Source of the DNA: Eledone cirrhosa | Lineage: Eukaryota | DNA: 64,000 nt | Direction of reading: 5' to 3' | Assembly (NCBI GenBank): GCA_964016885.1 | Contig: OZ024759.1 | Location: 14,136,001 to 14,200,000 of the forward strand | Shown here: positions 54,501-64,000 of the stretch, piece after piece | How the letters are laid out: every line of letters begins with the position of its first letter | Position numbering within the stretch: the stretch's first letter is position 1 | Notes under the pieces: model-generated | Database searches by the model: none | Told to the model about the DNA's origin: nothing | Seen by the model: only the letters and a program-made list of their open reading frames with translations | Translations under genes and position numbers: made by a program

Positions 54501-56107
54501 ATCCCATTAATTGCTTTATCTATTACTATGCTGACAACTTTTATGACTTTCCCTCAGTTGGATTTACAGGCAATAAATTTAGAGAAATATTTCTTGAGGC
54601 CTATGACTGTAAGGATATAAAACATACAGAAAAATTGGGAAACTCTACGACACCCTGCTGGTAGCTATAAGCCTGTGGTTGAAACAAGGTTCGACCAAGA
54701 CAGAGGGTGCTCTTGTGGTGGAAGGATAACGAAGAAAGACCCATTAGAAGAACAATATCAGCCTGGAGATAATGGAGGAATGGAGGAGACAGCAAGTAAT
54801 AACAGGCAACTAAAAGAGAGGCCAGGTACCAAGTATATATAACAAGGGGAGAGGCAGAAAAGTAGAAAATTTGCAAATGTTTTCTGCAATCAAATCCCAT
54901 GTTTTTCTGCTGTGTAGTATTGTAGTTCATACACAGGCATTATACAGTCTACTCATCTCTGTGGGAGGAAAGCCCTTTGTTACCAGCAGTGTTAATAGCT
55001 CTATAAACATCTCCTATCCTGTTCTTAGTCAATGTATCCCACTTTTAGCACCTCCTCGCCCACTGCAAATTTGATGGCCTAGGTAAGAAAAGCCCTTGTA
55101 AACCATTGATCTACACCTAGCTTCTTGTGCCTACCAGATTATAGGGCCTGAAATTGAGTCAAAGGCTGTCTTTAGATCTACAAAAGCTAGATATAGTGGC
55201 TTAATCTTAGCTAAGTTCTTCTGTAATTGTATCAGATGAACATTGGCATCACCCCTATCTGTCATAAATCGAAACTGCATTATATCTAACTTGAATCTGT
55301 CCTTAATTAGTTGGACCAGTCATTGGGTATGACACCATCCTGTACTACTTGATTAACTATACGTGTGACTAACTCATATTTTACCATACCAGATTATTTT
55401 AGTCTCTCAGCAACTATACAGCATGGTCCAGCTGCCTTCTCTACCTTCATCTCATTAATTGATTTATCTATTACAATGCTGACAACTTTTATGACTGGCC
55501 CCTCAGTTGGGTTTACATGAGGTAGGCCCTCACTGTCCCATCTATTTTGCACGCTCAGCAGCCTCTTATACTGAGTCTGCCATGCCTGTTTTGAGCAACC
55601 TACAGGGAAAGTGTTTAACTATCATTTCGGATACACTTTTTCCATACCACATCATGACTTTCTCTAGCACACTGTTTCAGAATCTGGAACAATATACACT
55701 CACAGTACACACTGTAAAATGGTTGGTGATTGGAAAGATATCCAGCCATAGAAATCTTTCCAAATATAGGGTTGGAAGATTCTTCTGTTGTGTCAAGGAG
55801 ATGACAGGCTCCCTAGTTTTGGTGACCTACACAATAAACACACTCAGTACACCCTGTATAGGAAGGGCATCAAACCGTAGAAAGCTTACTAAAGAAAAGG
55901 TTGGGAGGACCTTTCATTTATGTGAAACATGAAACCTCTCCTGTGCACTCAATAGAACATAAGACCATACATAAGTGAGAAGCAGAACCCCTGGCCCGCC
56001 AAGGAGATTAGTATACACACTTCAGTACTGACTTGGTCTATGTAGATCCGTCCAACCCTTGCTAGCAGGGAAAGTGGACTTTAAACTGTGATGATGAAGA
56101 TGGTGAT
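48553..56107 (+). mobile_element. Dead rearranged RTE LINE, unit 7 (S-L-L-L)
   Basis: Copy of unit 6 at +9049. Confidence 0.85.
50585..50697 (+). mobile_element. Duplicated copy of the SINE insertion with its 18-bp TSD
   Basis: Identical to 41536-41648 at +9049. Confidence 0.9.
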
Positions 56108-56211
56108 ATATATAGGGCAACTTTCCACATTAACCGTCTATAAAATTCCACTGATAACTTATTTATATTTACGTGTATATATCCGTGTGTGTAAATGCAT
56201 GTATTTGTTTT

Positions 56212-56243
<32 letters not shown>

Positions 56244-56702
56244 AAGATATATTTATGGATACATATATGTAATTTTTAAAATAATGTTTTCTTTTATTGT
56301 TCAATGTTTCCTTTTGCTTCATTTCAAATATATTTTAGATTGGTGTCCCAATGTATATCAATTCTGTTTTGTTTATCTGTTACGTGCCTCACCATTTCGT
56401 GAGTAAATGTCGTTGGCTGCTATTTCTAGCATGTCAGTCAACTACCTTCCCACCCATAATTTTAGCGCGAATTTTGAGTCTCCCTGTTTATGATGTTTAC
56501 ATAATTATCAAATAACTGTCCCCCTCAAAATGTTAAGGCTAACGAGGCCCCTGTATATGTATAATATAAAATTATTTGAATTAAAATTATAGAAAATCTT
56601 TAGATTAATATTGGGAAAATACTTGGAAATAATTTAGCGTGAATTAAATAGTTGTTTTATAAACAATGTACGAAGCTGAAATTTCGGCTTTTGATGAGCT
56701 GA

Positions 56703-56755
<53 letters not shown>

Positions 56756-56788
56756 TATAATGAAAGTTATCAAGCACAGAAATGCTAT

Positions 56789-56971
56789 AAAGATAGCTTA
56801 TAAGATAGGGTGTAGACCCTTAAAAGACGGAAAAAGAAGTTGCCAACGACCGGCATGAGGAATTGAACCTGATATCTCCGGTATCTGAAATATATGGGGT
56901 TCAATTTTTATCATAGCGCACGATGGCAACTTCTTTTTCAGGGTCTTCACCCTATTTTCTAAGCTATCTTT
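56789..56971. other. Fold-back hairpin, unit 8
   Basis: Same inverted arms, with the gcgcacga variant. Confidence 0.85.
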
Positions 56972-57642
56972 TCTAAACATCAATTCTACGATTCTTTTTA
57001 TCATCTCCATACTGAGAAACTGAAGCTCCATCCCTAACCTAGGTCCCTAACACACAAATATATATATATATATATAGGGATTGGTATATTAACAATATGT
57101 GTTATAATATATACGATATATATTATTTGTGTATATATATATAACTTTAGTAAATCAATGAAATAATTCATTGTAATTTAATCCTCGTTATTTCATTGTT
57201 GATATCTGTTTCTCGCTTTCTCTTTCACTCTTTTTTTCTCACTCTGTATCTCTCTATCTGTCCCCCTCTCTAATTAGTTTAGCTGATTATCTCCCCTTGA
57301 CTATAATTTTTCTCGCTCAGCGAAATTGCGTGTGTGCATGTCTGTATGTTTTTATAGTTTACCGGTTTCAGTCGTTTGACTGCGGTCAGGCTGGAGCATA
57401 GGCTTGGTTTAGCTCATCATACTTACCTTAGTATCTATTTATGGGGCTTATGTTATCGATAGCGTTTCTATATATATGGAGAGAGAGAGATATTACGCTA
57501 TTTTCTCATACTTGGTGGAACAAATATCTATATACAATAATTCAATTTGCGTGGTCTACCTAGTACGGATATTCTTCACCGAATTTATTACGGTCGTGGG
57601 TCCCTAAAGCCCAGTAAAATAGAATGACTGTCATGCAGCCCT

Positions 57643-60600
57643 CCCCATACCTCCTCGCTTCATCAAGCGAGGAATCTCATGTTTTATATTATAAATGCCG
57701 GAAAAATAAAAGATAAGTGTTGTGAGATGGTGGAGATGTTAGAGAGGTGACAACAAGATGTGTGCTATGAGGAAGAAATTAGGTGTTGGGCCACTTCAGC
57801 CAGATTCGTTATAGGCAATGTACACCAGTACAAATTATTCTGGGTGTGTAGCAGTAAAGAATGGGTGGGATAAGTATACTCCTATCTGAAAAATGAGTAG
57901 ACCAGGTAATTGAGGTAGTCAGGATATGTGATAGAAGAATTAAACATAGACTAGTCTGGGTAATACAACAGCCACCTATACTACCTGTATGTAATCCACA
58001 GGCTAGACATAGAGACCAGCAGAAAGACCACTTCTATGAGGTCCTCTTGCAAGCTACATCAACAAATGACAGTGATCTCATTCTCACAGCTGGCGATGTC
58101 AATGGACATGTGAAACAGCAAGATGGATTTCATGTTGTATATATAAGCTAGGATTCAGTACAAGAAATGGGGAGGGGTGAAGACTTCTGGAGTTCAGTGA
58201 TTCTCTTGATCTAACAATCTGGAACATAAACCTCAAGGAAGTAGTCAGCTACTTGGTCAGTTACTAATCAGGTGGACACATAAACCAAATAGACTTCATT
58301 CTGATCAAGAAATGAGACAGGCAAATGGTTGTAAATGCCAAGTGCTTTCCTGGGGAAGAATGTACCTTCCACCATAGATTGGGTGTCAGTGACATTTGAG
58401 TAAGAGCAAGGTGGACCAAGAGACAAAGGCTGTCTTTAGATCTACAAATGCTAGATATAGTGGCTTAATCTTAGCTAAGTTCTTCTGTAATTCTATCAGT
58501 TGAACATTGGCATCACCCCTATCTGTCATAAATCAAAACTGCATTATATCTAACTTGAATCTGTCCTTAATTAGTTGGAGCAGTCATTGGGTATGACACC
58601 ATCCTGTACTACTTGATTAACTATACGTGTGACTAACTCATATTTGACCATACCAGATTATTTTAGCCTCTCAGCATCCATACAGGATGGCCCAGCTGCC
58701 TTCCCTAACTGAATCTCATTAATTGATTTATGTATTACAATTCTGACAACTTTTATGACTGGCCCCTCAGTTTGGTTTACATGATGTCGGCCCTCACTGT
58801 CCCATTTATCTTCCACGCTCAGCAGCCTCTTATACTGAGTCTGCCATGCCTGTTTTGAGCAACCTACAGGGCAAGTGTTTAACTATCATTTTGGATACAC
58901 TTTTTAAACATAGACTAGTCTGGGTAATACAACAGCCACCTATACTACCTGTATGTAATCTACAGGCTAGACATAGAAACCAGCAGAAAGACCATCAACA
59001 ACAAATGACAGTGATCTCATTGTCACAGCTGGCGATTTCAATGGACATGTGAAACTGCAAGATGGATTTCATGTTGTATATAGAAGCTAGGCTTACAGTA
59101 CAAGAAATTGGGAAGGGTCCAGACTTCTGGAGTTCAGTGATTCTCTTGATCTAACCATCTGGAACATAAACCTCAAGGATGTAGTCAGCTACTTGGTCAG
59201 TTACTAATCAGGTGGACACATAAACCAAATAGACTTCATTCTGATCAGGAAATGAGACAGGTAAATGGTTGTAAATGCCAAGTCCTTTCCTGGGGAAGAA
59301 TGTACCTTCCACCCTAGATTGGGTGTCAGTGACATTTGAGTAAGGGCTAGGTGGACCAAGAGACAAAGGCTGTCTTTAGATTTACAAAAGCTAGATATAG
59401 TGGCTTAATCTTAGCTAAGTTCTTCTGTAATTCTATCAGATGAACATTGGCATCACCCCTATCTGTCATAAATCAAAACTGCATTATATCTAACTTGAAT
59501 CTGTCCTTAATTAGTTGGAGCAGTCATTGGGTACTACTTGATTAACTATACGTGTGACTAACTCATATTTTACCATACCAGATTATTTTAGCCTCTCAGC
59601 AACTATACAGGATGGCCCAGCTGCCTTCTCTAACTTAATCTCATTAATTGATTTATCTATTACAATGCTGACAACTTTTATGACTGGCTCCTCAGTTGGG
59701 TTTACATGGGGTCGGCCCTCACTGTCCCATTTATTTTCCAAGCTCAGCAGCCTCTTATACTGAGTCTGCCATGCCTGTTTTGAGCAACCTACAGGGCCAG
59801 TGTTTAACTATCGTTTCGGATACACTTTTTAAACATAGACTAGTCTGGGTAATACAACAGCCACCTATACTACCTGTATGTAATCCACAGGCTAGACATA
59901 GAGACCTGCAGAAAGACCACTTCTATGAGGTCCTCTTGCAAGCTATATCAACAACAAATGACAGTGATTTCATTGTCACAGCTGGCGATTTCAATGGACA
60001 TGTGAAACAGCAAGATGGATTTCATGCTGTATATAGAAGCTAGGTTTATAGTACAAGAAATGGGGAGGGGTCCAGATTCTGGAGTTCATTGATTCTCTTG
60101 ATCTAACCATCTGGAACATAAACTTCAAGGAAGTAGTCAGCTACTTGGTCAGTTACTAATCAGGTAGACACATAAACCAAATAGACTTCATTCTGATCAG
60201 GAAATGAGACAGGCAAATGGTTGTAAATGCCAAGTCCTTTCCTGGGGAAGAATGTACCTTCCACCATAGATTGGGTGTCAGTGACATTTGAGTAAGAGCT
60301 AGGTGGACCAAGAGACAAATGCCAGTCTGGAGAAGGAAGACCTTGAAACATTGAAACTTAGAGAATCTTCTCTAGGTAACAAATTTAGAGAAATCCCTCT
60401 TGAGGCCTATGACTGTAAGGAAGAAGAATTAGAGATATATAACATAGAGAGTTATTGGTAAATTCTACATGACACCCTGCTGGTAGCTATAAGCTAGGTT
60501 CGACCAAGATAGAGGGTGATGTTGTGGTGGAAGGATAAGGAAGAACAAGCAATTACATTATTTTAGCCTCTCAGCAACTAAACAGGATGGTCCAGCTGCC

Positions 60601-62214
60601 TTCTCTACCTACATCTCATTAATTGATTTATCTATTACTATGCTGACAACTTTTATGACTGTCCCCTCAGTTGGATTTACAGGCAACAAATTCAGAGAAA
60701 TATTTCTTGAGTCCTACGACTGTAAGGCCGAAGAATTAAGGATATATAACATACAGAAAAATTGGGAAACTCTACGTCACCCTGCCGGTAGCTATAAGCC
60801 TGTGGTTGAAACAAGGTTCGACGAAGACAGAGGGTGATGTTCTGGTGGAAGGATAAGGAAGAAAGACCCATTAGAAGAACAATATCAGCCTGGACATAAT
60901 GGAGGAATACCAGGCAACTAAAAGAGAGGCCAGGTACCAAGTATATATAACAAGGGGAGAGGCAGAAAAGTAGAAAATTTGCAAATGTTTTCTGGAGTCA
61001 AATCCCATGTTTTACTGCTGTGTAGTATTGTAGTTCATACACAGGCATTATACAGTCTACCCATCTCTGTGGGAAAAAAGCCCTTTGTTATCAGCAGTGT
61101 TAATAGCGCTATAAACATCTCCTATCCTGTTCTTAGCCAATGTATCCCACTTTTAGCACCTCCTCGCCCACTGCAAATTTGATGGCCTAGGTAAGAAAAG
61201 CCCTTGTAAGCCATTGATCTACACCTAGCTTCTTGTGCCTACCAGATTATAGGGCCTGAAATTGAGTCAAAGGCTGTCTTTAGATCTGCAAATGCTAGAT
61301 ATAGTGGCTTAATCTTAGCTAAGTTCTTCTGTAATTGTATCAGATGAACATTGGCATCACCCCTATCTATCATAAATTGAAACTGCATTATATCTAACTT
61401 GAATCTGTCCTTAATTAGTTGGACCAGTCATTGGGTATGACACCATCCTGTACTACTTGTTTAACTATACGTGTGACTAACTCATATTTTACCATACCAG
61501 ATTATTTTAGCCTCTCAGCAACTATACAGGATGGCCCAGCTGCCTTCTCTAACTTCATCTCATTAATTGATTTATCTATTACAAGGCTGACAACTTTTAT
61601 GACTGGCCCCTCAGTTGGGTTTACATGGGGTCGGCCCTCACTTTCCATTTATTTTCCACGCTCAGCAGCCTCTTATACTGAGTCTGCCATGCCTGTTTTG
61701 AGCAACCTACAGGGAAAGTGTTTAACTATCATTTCGGATACACTTTTTCCACACAACATCATGACTTTCTCTAGCACACTGTTTCAGAATCTGGAACAAT
61801 ATACACTCACAGTACACACTGTAAAATGGTTGGTGATTGGAAAGATATCCAGCCATAGAAATCTTTCCAAATATAGGGTTGGAAGATTCTTCTGTTGTGT
61901 CAAGGACATGACAGGCTCCCTAGTGTTGGTGACCTACACGATAAACACACTCAGTACACCCTGCATAGGAAGGGCATCAAACCGTAGAAAGCTTGCTAAA
62001 GAAAAGGTTGGGAGGACCTTTCATTTATGTGAAACATGAAACCTCTCCTGTTCACTCAATAGAACATAAGACCATACGTAAGTGAGAAGCAGAACCCCTG
62101 GCACGCCAAGGAGATTAGTATACACACTTCACTACTGACTTGGTCTATGTAGATCCGTCCAACCCTTGCTAGCAGGGAAAGTGGACTTTAAACTGTGATG
62201 ATGAAGATGGTGAT
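57643..62214 (+). mobile_element. Dead rearranged RTE LINE, unit 8 (S-S-L)
   Basis: APE block restarts near 57942, 58907 and 59831. There are two gagacaaa|ggctgtc junctions (~58425 and ~59365). Confidence 0.85.
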
Positions 62215-62797
62215 ATATATAGGGCAGCTTTCCACATTAACCGTCTATAAAATTCCACTGATAACTTATTTATATTTACGTGTATATATCCGTGTGTGTA
62301 AATGCATGTATTTGTTTTTCTGTGTATATATATATATAAAGATATATTTATGGATACATATATGTAATTTTTAAAATAATGTTTTCTTTTATTGTTCAAT
62401 GTTTCCTTTTGCTTCATTTCAAATATATTTTAGATTGGTGTCCCAATGTATATCAATTCTGTTTTGTTTATCTGTTACGTGCCTCACCATTTCGTGAGTA
62501 AATGTCGTTGGCTGCTATTTCTAGCATGTCAGTCAACTACCTTCCCACCCATAATTTTAGCGCGAATTTTGAGTCTCCCTGTTTATGATGTTTACATAAT
62601 TATCAAATAACTGTCCCCCTCAAAATGTTAAGGCTAACGAGGCCCCTGTATATGTATAATATAAAATTATTTGAATTAAAATTATAGAAAATCTTTAGAT
62701 TAATATTGGGAAAATACTTGGAAATAATTTAGCGTGAATTAAATAGTTGTTTTATAAACAATGTACGAAGCTGAAATTTCGGCTTTTGATGAGCTGA

Positions 62798-62799
<2 letters not shown>

Positions 62800-62893
<94 letters not shown>
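62800..62893. repeat. (TA)n microsatellite, longest allele of the pre-hairpin TA tract
   Basis: Read directly. Confidence 0.97.
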
Positions 62894-62896
<3 letters not shown>

Positions 62897-62929
62897 TATA
62901 ATGAAAGTTATCAAGCACAGAAATGCTAT

Positions 62930-63112
62930 AAAGATAGCTTATAAGATAGGGTGTAAACACTTAAAAGACGGAAAAAAAAGTTGCCAACGACCGGCATGAG
63001 GAATTGAACCTGATATCTCCGGTATCTGAAATATATGGGGTTCAATTTTTATCATAGCGCACGATGGCAACTTCTTTTTCAGGGTCTTCACCCTATTTTC
63101 TAAGCTATCTTT
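62930..63112. other. Fold-back hairpin, unit 9
   Basis: Same inverted arms, with a few extra mismatches (gtaaacac). Confidence 0.82.
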
Positions 63113-63781
63113 TCTAAACATCAATTCTACGATTCTTTTTATCATCTCCATACTGAGAAACTAAAGCTCCATCCCTAACCTAGGTCCCTAACACACAAAT
63201 GTATATATATATATAGGGATTGATATATTAACAATACGTGTTATAATATATACGATATATATTATTTGTGTATATATATATAACTTTCGTAAATCAATGA
63301 AATAATTAATTGTAATTTAATCCTCGTTATTTCATTGTTGATATCTGTTTCTCGCTTTCTCTTTCACTCTTTGTTTCTCACTCTGTATCTCTCTATCTGT
63401 CCCCCTCTCTAATTAGTTTAGCTGATTATCTCCCCTTGACTATAATTTTTCTCGCTCAGCGAAATTGCGTGTGTGCATGTCTGTATGTTTTTATAGTTTA
63501 CTGGTTTCAGTCGTTTGACTGCGGTCATGCTGGGGCATAGGCTTGGTTTAGCTCATCATACTTACCTTAGTATCTGTTTATGGGGCTTATGTTATCGATA
63601 GCGTTTCTATATATATGGAGAGAGAGAGATATTATGCTATTTTCTCATACTTGGTGTAACAAATATCTATATACAATAATTCAATTTGCGTGGTCTACCT
63701 AGTACGGATATTCTTCACCGAATTTATTACGGTCGTGGGTCCCTAAAGCCCAGGAAAATAGAATGACTGTCAAGCAGTCCT

Positions 63782-64000
63782 CCCCATACCTCCTCGCTTC
63801 ATCAAGCGAGGAATCTCATGTTTATATTATAAATGCCGGAAAAATAAAAGACAAGTGTTGTGAGATGGTGGAGATGTTAGAGAGGTGACAACAAGATGTG
63901 TGCTATGAGGAAGAAATTAGGTGTTGGGCCACTTCAGCCAGATTCGTTATAGGCAATGTACACCAGTACAAATTATTCTTGGTGTGTAGCAGTAAAGAAT
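63782..64000 (+). mobile_element. Start of the RTE relic of unit 9 (cut by the window end)
   Basis: Matches 9641-9860. Confidence 0.85.

Larger units (their letters stand above)
37175..55919 (+). repeat. Near-identical tandem duplication with a 9,049-bp period (~2.07 periods)
   Basis: ORFs recur at exactly +9049 with identical translations, e.g. 37409/46458, 38661/47710, 42492/51541, 43495/52544 and 45552/54601. Confidence 0.95.
8540..64000 (+). repeat. Head-to-tail macrosatellite: 8 complete units plus 1 partial, variable length
   Basis: The marker 70-aa ORF recurs at 8796, 13955, 20538, 25688, 31737, 38661, 47710, 56798 and 62939, giving spacings of 5159, 6583, 5150, 6049, 6924, 9049, 9088 and 6141 bp. 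The array continues past the window end. Confidence 0.97.

Noticed and set aside
8540-64000. CRISPR-like or retron/DGR-like RT-plus-repeat system
   Set aside because: Eukaryotic context, kilobase units with no unique spacers, and the only intact RT is an ordinary truncated non-LTR element inserted secondarily.

Overview
Eukaryotic, AT-rich repeat DNA with no recognisable host gene. The SINE and RTE-tail motifs resemble octopus/cephalopod repeats as I recall them (not database-checked). Bases 1-~13,000 form a nested, imperfect giant palindrome centred near 5.3-5.5 kb. From its right arm, a head-to-tail macrosatellite runs from ~8.5 kb to the window end: 8 complete units of 5.15-9.1 kb plus a partial ninth. 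Each unit has two parts. One is a ~1.5-kb AT-rich spacer carrying a 183-nt fold-back hairpin. The other is a dead RTE-clade LINE (APE endonuclease on +, RT segment inverted to -, (GAT)n tail on +) containing variable numbers of ~0.97-kb and ~1.9-kb sub-repeats. Later insertions mark individual units: a young 5'-truncated CR1-like LINE with an uninterrupted RT frame (33.1-34.8 kb) and a 113-bp SINE piece with an 18-bp target-site duplication, present twice because of a near-identical 9,049-bp duplication. The best candidate for something new is the hairpin module. It is present in 10 copies and is nearly identical between the inverted left-arm copy and the array, while the flanking LINE DNA has diverged much more. 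This suggests an amplified hairpin-RNA/small-RNA locus, although gene conversion could produce the same pattern. All identities are by-eye estimates.
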